Of a DNA stretch of 64,000 nucleotides, positions 51,201-64,000 are shown piece by piece (within the stretch, counting starts at the first letter, position 1; each line of letters starts with the position of its first letter). The stretch lies in the NCBI GenBank assembly GCA_036630325.1, contig CP142730.1, positions 496,001 to 560,000 of the forward strand, written 5' to 3'. Under the pieces are notes generated by a model. The model had not been told where the DNA came from. It was given only the letters and a program-made list of their open reading frames with translations, and did not search any database. The position numbers and the translations under genes are program-made. The DNA comes from Vairimorpha necatrix (taxonomy: Eukaryota).

Positions 51201-51833
51201 TTCTTTAAGAGGTTGCATATTGGTTCTTATCTGCTCAATGTTCTGAGTTTGAGGTTTCTTATTTTATGATTTTCTCTTTTTAATATTAACAATTCTCTTC
51301 TCCTTAATAGTTCTATCTTGTTCTGATAATCATCGTATACTGATTGGTTAGCAAAGTAGTCTCTAAAAGTTAAGAATCCTTCTAAAGTTAAAAATGTTCT
51401 TGAAATTATTTTTTTAGCAAATTCTTCATCCATACCAGAATCATAAGCAACAGTTATAATTCTATCTAACCATTCGCTCACTTGTTCATTTAGCCTTTGT
51501 CTAGCTTCCAATAAATTCAAAAGAGTTATTTCCTCTGTTATTTTTTTAGTCGACCCTTTAATTGTCTCCATGTAACATTTGTAAATTTTTGTTTATTTTT
51601 GATTATTGAAATTTGAACCTCCCTATCAAGAATCCTAAGGAAGATTGATATTTTTTCCTTGTCTTGAATAATGTTGTGAGCTTTAAACTGAAGCTCCAAA
51701 TTTTCCATGTCTGCTTTGGCTTTAGCGATTCTGAATGTTAGTCCTTCTATTTTCTGTTCCGTACAGGGCGCCATGTTGAAGGAGTTAACAAGCATAAGGG
51801 GTTTGTTTATTAAATATTATAAAAACACCAACA
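48263..51833 (-). mobile_element. Degenerate Ty3/Gypsy element with 60-bp LTRs
   Basis: 5' LTR 51774-51833; 3' LTR 48263-48389 (interrupted). PBS TGGCGCCC (tRNA-Lys-like), poly-G PPT. Protease VDTGS, RT YMDD, RNase H TTDASNTGIG, integrase DNGREF. Flanks do not form a TSD. Confidence 0.9.
48278..48340 (+). mobile_element. 63-bp solo mini-LTR nested in another LTR
   Basis: TGTTGA...TCAACA with GTTAA TSD. Absent from the partner LTR at 51774-51833. Confidence 0.85.
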
Positions 51834-52160
51834 CCATCCATTGTTAAATACGTACATTTTATGATCTAATTCTGTTTATTTTCATCCATTCGCTGCTATA
51901 TTAATTGTGAAAATTTTGATACCAAAGACATAAAGGCCGATTTTTCATAAAAATCCTTTTCTTTGCGTGCAGGGAATTATAGAATGTTTAAAAAAACATA
52001 AATTAGAGATATTCTAGCCTCAAAAAAATTAGTAATTAATTTCTCTACAAGTTAATGGATTTGTTTGTCTAGAAAAGAATTCTAAACATTTTATTAGAAA
52101 ATCTTAAAAATGCAATACTAAAATTAGTATTTTTTTAAAAAAAAATTTACAGCCCCATAA

Positions 52161-53065
52161 ATGTTTTCAGTCCTAATATTATTCATTTTGAATTTACAAA
52201 AATCAACAGCAACCCATGAGAATAATGAAAGTATTTTAACACAAAAAAATACGTACGGAACCAATGAAAAAGAAACAACTGAGTTTTATGAAGTCGAACT
52301 TGACTACATTAAAAACATGGATCTAAGTATTAAACAATCAATAATCGGGATGATATACGACGTTGTTTTAGAAAAAATGAGGTTTTCTATATTAATGCAA
52401 CATAGCTGGCCAAAAGAATTAGACGAAAATGAATATGAAATTCGGAAAGAAGACATATATTTTAATTTTTTCATGCAACTTAAAAGTCATTCTGGGGACA
52501 TTAATTTCCTTTCGTGTACACAATTGGCCGTTAGCACATTATTATTGGCTCTTCACAAAAATATTTCTAAACTATATATTAAATTGTTAAATTTTATATT
52601 TTTGGGAATAAAAGTTAATGTTAATTGTCAAGGGACAGATCTCCAGTGGTTCTAAGATGGCCCTGGAGACCAGAGAATACCATGCTGTAGGTATTCTTCT
52701 TCTCCTCTCTAATTATGTTTTGGAGGGAAATACTTTATTTTCCCTCCCACAAACATAAAAGAAAATCATACCCATAAGGGTATGAAGAAGTTAAATAAAC
52801 AATTAAGTAAAACTAACTCTTCTCGGACTGCTGGGCAACCAGTAGTCCACATTAATGATGCGAAAAAAATCATTGAAGGATTTGTATAAATAAAATGAAT
52901 GAAGAAAATAATTTATGCATTGAACAAGTTTTTAAAAATGATGTGTATGAAAAACTTGATGAATATATCATAGATAGTAATATTGAAAAAAAATATGAAT
53001 ACTCTGAGAAGGAGGATAAAATATATTGTAGGAAGTGCTACACGTGTCAAATATATAGTGTCATT
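52161..53065 (+). pseudogene. Small secreted-type protein gene disrupted by a solo LTR
   Basis: CCCCATAA-ATG and signal-like MFSVLILFILNLQKSTA. The frame is open until the insertion at 52626. The 3' end is approximate. Confidence 0.7.
52626..52851. mobile_element. Solo LTR (226 bp)
   Basis: TG..CA ends and TTAAT TSD. Empty site in copy A at ~22125. Confidence 0.9.
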
Positions 53066-54141
53066 GTTTTGATATATTTGAAACTTTGTTTAATTAAATA
53101 TTTTAGAATAAATAAACCCATGTTTTCATTCCAACATATATAAATATTACTTTTTCTCACAATGTTTAATTATATATTAGATTAATTTACACTGTCTATA
53201 ATATAACTTTTTAATGTTTTTGATTAAGCACATCGTTCTGTAAACCAACTTCTTTCATTTCTAAATAATAACATCTTTTCGACAAATTTATTTAAAAAAA
53301 ACTTACAAGAGCAATAATAGATTCTTAAAACTTTAGGATTTCATGAAGTTCAAATCCGCCCTTAATTTAATTCAAGAAATTTGAAGTCTCATAAAAAAAA
53401 ATGTGTCAATGCTATCAAAAACAGTTATCTTAGCAATTTCAATTTGTAGCATACATGAAAAGGAAGATGTAAAAAATTACCCACGCATTTTTATAACAAG
53501 TATAGGTATAAAGGCTTAAAAAAACAATATTACCATCAAAACATAGTCTAATTACATAACGACTGAAAAAAAACAAAGTCATTAAAAGACTATTTTTATT
53601 TAAGTGATCTATTTTTTATTGCAAAGTGTATATTAATAATGAAATCCAAAGGTAAGAAATACAATTAGCATCAATTTTTAAAGCGTAAAAAATGAATTCA
53701 AAATTAGTCATAGATTAAGGATTTCCTAGAGCTAGCTAATAAGTTATATATGCTCCAAAATACATACAAAGTTTTTTAAAATATAATATAATTTATCTTA
53801 TACGCATGTGTTTTATGGTTTGCGTTAATAACATTAATATATTTTATAAACTTTAATCTAATGTCCATTCATTCCTCAAACTTAAATATATTTATAAAAG
53901 AAATATATGCTCGATTTTAATCAATTAGATAATCTTTTTCATATAATGTATTTTCTATTATACATAAAGATGTGTATAACATATTTAATATGTTGCGCTT
54001 GTCATTCATTGGAATAAAATTGTATCCCTGTATATGCCTTTAAAACATGACCAAGAGAAAGCCGTATGAAAGTGTTTTTAGGTAGTTTTATAAAAATTTT
54101 ATATTTAATGTGTCTAGGATATAACGAAAAATCGGCGTATA

Positions 54142-55632
54142 GGTCTGTGCCTGACTTTATTTCTCTCTTATGGATTTTTATAGAGAAACGAAAAAAAATA
54201 ACTTCAAATATTTATCCTAAGAAAACTTTAATAATTTATATAAAAATAAGCTCTACGTAACTCTTGATATTTTAATATATTGCGCACCCTTTCTCCATTT
54301 AAATTAACAAAAAAAAGTCGTAGTTACTTTTTCTTTGATCATTTTTTAGCTATTATATCACATTTAAGATGTGATCAGACTCCTCTATTAAATTTGCGGC
54401 CTCTCCTGCTTCGTTTTTAAAACCAGCATCGTAGATTACAACGCGATGATCATCGTTGATAGATTTTACTACTTTGTGATCTAATTTATGCCCATCAGTT
54501 ATGCAAATCGTTTCGTTTTTTATGTTGTTTTTAAAAAACTGAGCCAATATCTGAATAGTCCGGTAGGTATTGTCTCGACTCTCAATTCTAACGTCGCTCG
54601 TCTATTGTACCTACCAACCATGCACAGTTTTTCACTGTGTCATATCTTTCTGAAAATGGTTGAACATATTTCCATTAATTATAACCGTTTTGTCGCCTAT
54701 GCCACTTTTTCAACCCTCCTATTATTTTTTTGTGTTTAATTTTTCCTTTTTTGTTGTTTCATATAATTTTTTTATAGCCCTGAAGACACTGGAAGCTTGC
54801 ACACAAAATTTTTTATTTAGGTATAGTGTAGACAGCTTTTAAGTGAATGAATACGTAATTTACAAATAATTATTGTCAGGCGACGAACCTACGCTGACAA
54901 TAAGAATCCCCAAATGTGATTGATTCTTATTTAATATAAATGTGAAGGATAATATAAGTGACAGGTGAGTAATTAGTATTAAACACGAGCATTTAGAGAG
55001 TTACTTTAATTTTAGCAATTTACACTTTCGGAATAGAACGTCGAAATGGCCTATTCCAAATATTTCCTATTTATTTATTCTCCAGTCCTTACCCTTGATC
55101 ATGAAAGCAACTAACAATCCAAATAAATCTATTATTGATACTCCGTCTTCTATTTCGGATCAGACCACGTGTCTGATCACAAATATATATAGGTATTCGG
55201 GTATTCGTAAGTGCAGTTTTTTTTAAAAAAACTCTCATTTATGTTCCACATATCGTCTTTCCTCTACACTTAAACAATGACAAATTATGTACGAATCGTC
55301 CGACGTTAATATAATCATACCGGGACAACTAGTAAATTCTATGATTGTATTCAGTTAGGGGACCTTCTTCTTCCCAACATATTGACTCATTTGGGTCTTG
55401 GAAGATTTTTGACCTACTGTCAAGTGGCTCTAGACATAACATAAGGGTAAAAAAAATTTGAAAAAAACATTTAAAAAAATGTATAACTCAAGAAATGTTA
55501 ATCCGAATGATTAAAACAAATCTGTAAAATTTTGATTCTTGTGGATAAAGTTCGAAAAAAAAATTTCATTAATTTGCCGTCTGTGCCCGGATTCAGTACG
55601 TAAAAAAAATATAGAACGTCCAGGCACAGAGC
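54142..55632 (-). mobile_element. Degenerate Merlin-like element with nested solo LTR (54874-55282), copy B
   Basis: Duplicate of 23417-24910. Confidence 0.55.
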
Positions 55633-56211
55633 GTTGCGATGAGAAATTTATTAAAATTTTTTTTTGAGAAAAAAAGACCACAAAGGAATTGCCGAAAACG
55701 AATTAGGATTTTACAGCGGGTTGTAAATATACTTTTCTTGCTTTTTTGAATTGTGTAAAATCGTAAATCGGAGGAATGTTCTCTGTAAAATATAACCCTA
55801 AAGTATAAATTTTACATAACTACTTAATAAATATCAAAAATGTGATTTAGGATTCATAATGATTTTCCGAACCTCGTATAAAATAATCAAATCTTCCTAT
55901 GTGTAAACCCATTTAAAAGGCTTTAAATATATAAAAATTTATATATAGCAATATGTTGGCTAATAAAATGGAATGATCTAAACATGAATAAATATTAATT
56001 GTTACGGAATTTTAGTAAAATCAAATGACTGTACATAGATCTACGCAAAAACAAAAGCGAAGAAGACTACTTTTGTGAAATTTGTTATATCTGAAAAAAC
56101 TTAAGTACCATAATACTTTTTAAAAATAGATTTAAATCTATTTTTTTTCTTACAATCTACTTGAAAGATATATAATAATGTTTTTTGACCAATTCCCTAA
56201 TCATAAAAATA

Positions 56212-56851
56212 GGTATATGGCCGTTTGCAACCCGCTTTGAAATTTTAACGGACCCAACTTTCATAAAAAATGGCAAAATTGGCAAAACAATGTTTGTTGA
56301 GGCAGATGGGCTTTTTAGTGATGAAATGTAATTCTACATGGAAAACAAAGTAAAGTTTATTTTGGATTCATTTGATGCTGAATAGGCGTGCGCCTTGCTC
56401 ATTTCTGTAACTAGTAGGAATGCTGCTATTCTCTTGAGGTTATGCAAGATAATGTATAACCTGTTTCTATTGTGATTTCTAGTCAATGGGTAGCATATGA
56501 GAACACATTAGGAAAGCAAAGGGATAAAGAACAATACTATTAATCACTCTATCAATGCTGTAAAATTTAGCGATTCCGAAACACAATACCAAATAAGTTA
56601 TTTGGCGTTGGCTCGTTTCTAAAAGAAATATTCGATCTATATATGGACTAAACCATGACGAACACTATTAGCACATTTTACAGTTCCTCTGGGCATTCAA
56701 AATCTCCAAAAAAACAACGGATAAATCGTCCTTTTTCATTATTTAAAATAAGTCGTTAAGTCTTTTTTTATAATTTTTTTTATTTTTCCCTTTTTTTTAT
56801 TTTTCAAAGCGGGTTCATTTTCCCAAAGCGGGTTCCAAACGGTCATGTACC
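56212..56851 (+). mobile_element. Merlin-like internally deleted element, copy B
   Basis: TIRs GGTATATGGCCGTTTGCAACCCGCTTTG and CAAAGCGGGTTCCAAACGGTCATGTACC, with 8-bp TSD TAAAAATA. Confidence 0.8.
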
Positions 56852-59079
56852 TAAAAATAATATCATTAAAGCGATAAAGAAACTTTGAATATGAAAAAAC
56901 ATTGTGTCGGGGAAGAACAAAATGACAAATTGCCTATGTATTAATAATTACGTTAAGTTTCTTAAAATAAATTAATTTTCTTTTAAATTTTACATTTCTG
57001 GTAAATCCAAGAACACAAAGACCAAATATATAAAATTTGAATGTTTTTGTACAATAAGACATTAAAATACGAAGTTTTTTTTTTGTAAATATTAAAAAAT
57101 ATTAAACTAGTATTGTCAATATTCGAACTCCGTAAATAGGTGAAACAATCAAATTGAACAAAAAACAAAGAAGGAAAAAGGTAAACTGCAGAGTCTAGTA
57201 CAGTTTAAGGGAAATGTCCATTGACAATTTTTATTGGCTCAGGAAATGTAAAGAAGCGGGGCTTATGTCTAATTTGCAGAACAATTATGTTGCGAGTGCG
57301 CTAGCTAAACATAATACTACAAGAATTTTGCTATAAAAGCTATAAGTAATTCTAGAGAAACAGGTTTTTTTATTGACCTAAAAAGTCTTTTGACAAAGCC
57401 CAAGTAAGTCGAAATTTGAATGCCTATCTTGGAAAATATGCATTCAAGAGTGGAAGAGAGCATAGAGAATACAAAGAAGATAAGATAGATGACTTCGGCT
57501 AACAATAATATATTTTGATGATATTTGAAGAATATATAAGGACGAAAATTTCCCAGTATGGTACCTTATGGGATTATATATGTAGAAATTAAAGGCGTCG
57601 AAATCGATTACTTATTTTGGCGCTACTTAAATTCAAAAGTACATGGGATAAAAAAAATAAAACAATTATTCTAACAATAGTATTTTGATAAAAGTCTCTG
57701 CATAAGTTTCAGTATTTCTTTTTTAAATTTCTAGATATAAATTGGAACTCGTATATATTATCCTATATTTAACTCATGATTTCTCTTCTTGTTCTCAATT
57801 GGGTCTTAAATGACTTCAAAGATTGTCTGTTTAGTTAATATGTTGTTCATGCTGATTAGTGAAGCCAATACTATAAATAACAACTTCATGAAAAAATCCG
57901 AAGTCGCGAACAGCAGAACGTAAGAAGCAAAAGCATCAGCTCCTATTGGAATTCCTGCAACTATATTATCCCTATAAATCTTTTATTATGGGGCAAACAT
58001 ATGAGAAACAATTTTAATAATCAGTTGTTGCTATCATTGTTTGCACCTTTAACCATACAGATTGTTTAATGTATATCTTCCTCTTGTGTATAATTCGTAA
58101 TTATACGACCCTTACATATTGCCGTGTCGTCGACCTGAATAGTTTTTCCTATTCCCCTATTTTTACAAAAAATGTATTATTTCATTTTTTTTTAGAAAAA
58201 GCCCTTAAAAAAATGTGGTATAACTCGGAGGCCTCACATGTTGCCGATGCCATTGAGTCAGTCATTTTGATCCAGCATTGAAATATTATCAGTTGTATGT
58301 ATGCGGGCATCCAGGACTTTGCAGTATAGCGACATTTTAGGTCTTTTCGTTTTTTTGCAGCTTTTTGTACAGTAAAAAGAGACTCCTTCCGAGTAGTTTT
58401 TAGAATTTACTTGGTTCATAAAACAACCACATTCACACTTTAGAATATTTCTATATAGTTTATAACCTATAATACAATTGGCTGCTTTTCTTCAACAAAT
58501 ATTGTGCTTAGAGATTTCGACTTGCATTGGGGTGTAAAAAATTAACATGTACAAAATCGCATTCCTTAAATTCACAATCATTCAGTATTTAGAATTTTTT
58601 GTACAATGTTTACAATACATGCCCGCGATTTTTTTCTTTTTAAGCCCTGTGATTTTAGTATTAATGAGCGCCCTAATTTATATATTAGTCATAATTTTAA
58701 AAATTTCTCTAATCACATTAGGAACTTCTATAGGTCTTTAGCGTGCGGGATGCTCCATGCAATTTTTTGAGGAGGTTACAATGAATGCATCATTTATAAC
58801 TACTCTTTTATCAATTCATAACTATGTCCAAAACATTTTGTAGATACAATATTGTTGTAAAAGATTCTCTTAGTATATGCCTCCCTTATTTCTACGACAT
58901 ACATAGGATACACTTGAGAAGATGAACACATAAAAAGTAATTCGTTTAATCGGCGTGTTTAATAGTGAAAAATATAAATTATTCATAATATAAAACGATA
59001 GATAATTGTAGAGCCACTAAATGATTATTAGACAAAAACAAACTTATAAAACCATCGATGTAAGTATAAATGCAAACTT

Positions 59080-61305
59080 TTAATAATTGTATAATATTTC
59101 TACTAATTTATTATGCAAATCTATGGCCGAATCTCCTTCCAGTAAATATGCTAATATGTCTTTGTATTCTATTTTTAAAATAATATCACAGATTTTATTA
59201 TCATATGCGACATCTCTAACACTCGAATTTACTATATTTTTAAAATTTTCCAACAATAAATTTTTTACTATATAGGTTTGCTGTTTTTTATTCATTGTTA
59301 TCTTTTCTTTAATTTTATCAGTAAAGGTATTTTTGATTTCATCTTCATATTCACTAATCAAATATTCAGATAATGCTTTTTCAAAATTTTCTACTAATTT
59401 ATCTTCAAAATTTAAAATTTTTGGTTTATATTTTTTTATAGAATATTTAAACAATTTTTTATAATTTTGTATCTGAGTTGACGAAATAATATTTCTAATA
59501 GCTATACAGACTTTTTGTTTTAATTCAAATTCCATTTCACTTATTTTATATTGTGTAATCTCCAACATATCTATATTTATTGTTTCGTTTAGTAATTTTT
59601 CATAACTTTCTCTACATAATTTCTGTAAAACTGTTTCGTAATTTTTCCTTGATTCCAACATTTCATTTTTGTCTTTTTCTTGTATTCTACTTATTAGTAT
59701 ATTTCTATCTAATTTTTTTATTAAATTTTTTGTATTCCTTTCTATTTCTTTTTTGTCGAAGCCCAGATTGTTCAAAAATCCATTTTTCATGAAAGTATAT
59801 TCATTTCCATCTTGTATTTTATAAAAAACATCATCGTTTGTAAATAATGTCATCATTTTCAATAAAAAATTTTCAATGTTTTTGTTATATGTTTTAATAT
59901 CAGTTATATGAGCATCTATAACATCATATATTTTTATTAAATCAATTGAGTTGTTGCCTTCTTCTGATATCAAGTTTCCAATGTTTATTAGAGTTTTAAA
60001 TATTGGCTCATTGAGAGCCTCGGTTTTTTGAAAAAACCTGTCTGCTTCTAAAAATAAACAACCTTTCATGATAAAACTACAGATATCGAATCTTTCCGAA
60101 AGAGCTTTTATTAGTTTCCCCACTAAATATATATTACTTTCATTGTTTTCAGAAAACTCTCTTTTTCTTATTATCATATTTTTTTCGTCTCTGGTAATCT
60201 CCCCCAAATATTCACTTAGGTGAGCAATCAATATATTAAGTACTGTGCCAGGTTCGTCTAAAATCATATTTAGCAGGAATTCAAGTCTGTTATTTACTTT
60301 TAATATTTGGTAAAATAATTCGAAACCAGGAAACTTATTTTTTACCACTAAATAAAAAAATTGAAAAATCATTTTAAATTTGTCAAAACATTTTTGGTCG
60401 ATAAATTCGTGATTTTCTTTGGAGTTTGCATTTTTTCCGACCAAATAAGAATTAGAACTAGTGTAACTAGAAAATGTTATTTTTCCATTTCCGATCGTGA
60501 TCTTGAAATCGTCGTAGTTAATTTCGTTTTCATTAAAAACCTCTTCAATGGCTTCGTCATCAAAAAAATCTACGATCGTATCAAGGTTCACATTGGTGTA
60601 TAATTTTTGCACATTATTGAATATTATACCATAAAAATTATCCGGGATTGGATGTATTTCAAAGTACAACTTTTCGGCCTCATGTATACTGATATTGAAA
60701 TCAAATCTACTATAACCATATTTGCTATAAATATTCGAATGGATACAGTGCATATTACCTTTTTTTAAATAAGAAATTAATGGAATATAAATATTAGAAT
60801 CACTTCCATCATTTTGTTTTATAAATTTTATCATTAAGTGCTTCTCGTCATGATAAAAATTTTGTTCAAGAAAATGATCAAAAATTATTTCATTATTTTG
60901 ATCTTTGATATATATTACAAGATCTCTAATAATAGGATAGTTTAAAATATCTTCAAACGAGTACTTTAGTATTAAAGTGTCAATAAACAATATCATACTG
61001 TTATTTTGAATTTGTTTGTCAATCTCTTCAGCAATTAGCTTTATTGATTTTTCTCCACATTCAATTTCAAAAAAAAAAGTTAAATTTTTTAAATTCGAAA
61101 ATGCACATTCTAAATATATATCACAATTTATAACATGATCTCCGTCATCGTAATTGATTAATACACTCCAATAACGTTTACTATTATCAAAGATAATATA
61201 TTTTTTGTTCCTTATTAAATTATTTAAATAATGACTTAAGTTATCATAACCGAGGTTTGTAGTTGTAACAAATAAAATTGTAAAAAATAAATTCATATAA
61301 TTCAT
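59080..61305 (-). CDS. Putative secreted protein, paralog family member 3 (741 aa, C-terminal helical extension)
   Basis: Intact ORF, CCCCAT-ATG, hydrophobic N-terminus. Motifs GEKS, LEFLLNMIL and EADRF...FKTLINIG. Confidence 0.88.
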   Translation of the reverse strand: MNYMNLFFTILFVTTTNLGYDNLSHYLNNLIRNKKYIIFDNSKRYWSVLINYDDGDHVINCDIYLECAFSNLKNLTFFFEIECGEKSIKLIAEEIDKQIQNNSMILFIDTLILKYSFEDILNYPIIRDLVIYIKDQNNEIIFDHFLEQNFYHDEKHLMIKFIKQNDGSDSNIYIPLISYLKKGNMHCIHSNIYSKYGYSRFDFNISIHEAEKLYFEIHPIPDNFYGIIFNNVQKLYTNVNLDTIVDFFDDEAIEEVFNENEINYDDFKITIGNGKITFSSYTSSNSYLVGKNANSKENHEFIDQKCFDKFKMIFQFFYLVVKNKFPGFELFYQILKVNNRLEFLLNMILDEPGTVLNILIAHLSEYLGEITRDEKNMIIRKREFSENNESNIYLVGKLIKALSERFDICSFIMKGCLFLEADRFFQKTEALNEPIFKTLINIGNLISEEGNNSIDLIKIYDVIDAHITDIKTYNKNIENFLLKMMTLFTNDDVFYKIQDGNEYTFMKNGFLNNLGFDKKEIERNTKNLIKKLDRNILISRIQEKDKNEMLESRKNYETVLQKLCRESYEKLLNETINIDMLEITQYKISEMEFELKQKVCIAIRNIISSTQIQNYKKLFKYSIKKYKPKILNFEDKLVENFEKALSEYLISEYEDEIKNTFTDKIKEKITMNKKQQTYIVKNLLLENFKNIVNSSVRDVAYDNKICDIILKIEYKDILAYLLEGDSAIDLHNKLVEILYNY

Positions 61306-62753
61306 ATGGGGTTAATTTTTTAATAATAATATTTGTCGGCGATCTTGTGTCAAACTATAAATCTTATTTCCTATATTGATTGATGACACGCCATAGAATG
61401 AATTGTATAGTATTTAGTCAACGGATATATAAGGCTATGTTCAGAAATAACAAAATTTTAATTTGATACGGAAACATCTTTAAAGTCGACCGTTTGTCTG
61501 CAATTGTGTGATGCATTTGAGTACAATACATAGACAGATGTCATGTATATCACCTGTCACACGTGTTCAAAAACATGTTAATCATTTCAAGCGACCCATC
61601 AATATGAGTCGCACAAAGAAACAAACAAACGAAAGTTGTATAGTTGTAACTGCTTTCGTAAATACGCCAATATTTGTAGTTTAGTATGACAACAAATAAT
61701 AAGTTAAAAATGAAATATAAAAGAAAGGCTGTCTTCGAAGGGTATGGAATATATGAGAAAGAAAACTACCATGCATAAAAGAAACAAATGTAAAAGCTAT
61801 TTCGAAAAATCCTTTAAAATGGCCATATCGCCGGAAACATGAAAAATTGCATCAAAATGAATTGAAGATCTTAGAACGGTGATATTTTTCTAACCGACAA
61901 TGAGGTTATATTAGTTGCTATTACGCTTTCAATTAAATTTTAAAAACAGAAAGCTCCGTCCGTAAGACGAACTTTGGATTCAGCAAAATTGGTACTATCT
62001 ATATCGCGCCGAGTGGATTTTCCCCAGACAGCAAATTATATCTTTAGGCGAGGCATCATCTGAAAACTATGAAAGGCCCATATTATCATCCGCATCCTGC
62101 TATTCGTCATTTTCACATATAGCTACCAACCGCATTTTATGTTTTGCGTTGACTTATTTTTTCAATAGCATTGCCGTCTTAGCTAATAGAATATAGATGG
62201 GCATTCACAACCTTTTCCTACATCGTAAAGTTTTTTTAGTGTACCGAAGGATCACGCTTTCAGGACATAAACAGGGTCTTTTTTATTGTCCATATAGTAT
62301 TTTATTGAGTTTGAAATAACAATAAAATAACAACAACCTTGCTAAAAGTACGTTTTATTATAAAACAAATTTTTCGAGAACCACATGTCTAAATAATCGG
62401 TTTTTATTGACAGAATAAATTAAACATGTGAACAAATGTAAAATTTTTAGTAGTACAAGAACAAATGTCTCTCGAAAAAAACGAATTCGATTTCTTTTGA
62501 ATCAAAAAACCTCTTTCGAGTACTAAAATGAGACATTCTTAGAGATCTCGTAATTTATAGACGTTATGGAATTTATTGACACTTAGCACCGAGACCTTTG
62601 AGTAAAACATATGACTAAGATTAATCTGTCGTACATGAGGATAAATTCTATTTCTAAAAAATGTGCATCATTATAGACTTTGTAAAATTTTTATAAAAAA
62701 TTAGTAGCAAAACCTAGGATTACATAAAAAAAAGATATAGATCAGATAAAATA

Positions 62754-63518
62754 ATTTTTTTTGCAAGTAAGTGTTAAAAATCTTATTGGCCTAGATGAAT
62801 CGGATGTGATCCTTTTCCAATTTTACTGTTAAATTATTACTTACTTAAACTCCCCCATATTACATGCCGATGCAGCAATCTCCGCCTTGCCCATTGAACT
62901 TGGCTCCAAAAGTCATTTTTTATTTATGCCTTTAATCGCGTTTAAGTGACCTCACGGCTGATATACTTAACAGGCATGGTTTTTTTAGCCCGAGGAGTGA
63001 CATCATTATGCTAACTCAAAGGTCTCAAAGAACATCTGTTAAGCACACAAGGGGTGTACAATCATTACATAACCAGCCAGGTATTTTCATTAGCTGTCAA
63101 CCTTAGTTCCTACCACTAGATTCATCCGCCAGATCACATACCCTGTAGAACAAGGTCCAAAAGGACTTCTGTTGCTTACTTCGTCTTGTCTTTGTTTAGC
63201 TTTAATATAACACTCTAGAGTGCTCCTGCCATGGGCTTCAATGAGGCCATATCCATCAGACACTTTCATGTATTATAAAGCCACTTTTAGAGGTTAGTGC
63301 TTCTGGTATTAAGTGCTGTTCCTATACCAGACACCAATTCACTTATTCCTGGGCCCATACAGGTTTCATTGAATCAACTTAATGATTTTGTAGACATTTC
63401 ATCCTCTGAGTTGATCCACTGCACCATAGAAAGTAGAAAAAAATTTTGGTAGCCCTGACATTCGAACTTAGCATTGTATAATGATAGCGTCGCCTTCTAC
63501 ATCTAAGGCTAAAAACTA
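62754..63518 (-). mobile_element. tRNA-headed SINE-like element, copy 3 (duplicate of copy 1)
   Basis: Homologous to 32029-32797. Confidence 0.65.
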
Positions 63519-64000
63519 TTTTGAAGTTTTTTGTTAATTGTGATTTTTATGAAGATTGATCGCCGCAATTTTCTTTCATAATGTTGTAATGGTAAAATCC
63601 AAAAACGAATAAATATTTAACTATTGCATTAGACCGAGCAAATGTTCTAATTTAAATTGGGGAAATTAATAAAAAAATTTCCTGTATTTATAACACCACA
63701 ATTTTTGCCATTCAAGATCAATGTTCATACTTTTAATACACATAGAAAAAAATCTTTTTGTTAGTGTATTGACACATTGGTCGCTTACACTTGCAGTTTA
63801 ATCATACCTCTCTAAATACACAATACTCTTTGGGCCCTCCGTATTTTTTCAATATATATGATTATTTTTATGCTTTAAATACCTTGTAACAAGTATACAA
63901 GCATTTTATTGGGCAATAACTAGATCTTTTCCAATAAATATATATATTATATAAAATAACTCAGTATATCTATCCTGTGAATAAAATATAGTTTAATTTA

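Larger units (their letters stand above)
51815..64000 (+). repeat. Segmental duplication, copy B (runs off the window)
   Basis: Colinear with 21320-33279. Confidence 0.95.

Overview
Very AT-rich, gene-poor, transposon-saturated eukaryotic window. The intronless genes with a CCC motif just upstream of ATG and the TE mix (Ty3/Gypsy, Merlin/IS1595-like, MULE, APE- and RLE-type non-LTR, Helitron) point to a microsporidian genome; this is inference, not a database result. The only host genes are divergent paralogs of one signal-peptide protein family (4491-6143, 46032-47690, 59080-61305, plus a frameshifted copy at 28357-30581) and two broken copies of a small secreted-type gene. A ~12 kb direct duplication pairs 21320-33279 with 51815-64000. 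Most unusual observations: (1) two related, very young LTR elements lack a tRNA primer-binding site and instead have a structurally conserved hairpin straddling the 5' LTR end; (2) three LTR families have 56-63 bp LTRs consisting of little more than a promoter and a start codon; (3) a LINE appears to end in oligo(T) and its ORF1 lacks an AUG near the start; (4) a ~770 bp tRNA-headed SINE-like family; (5) a head-to-tail Helitron array. All alignments and coordinates were read by eye.
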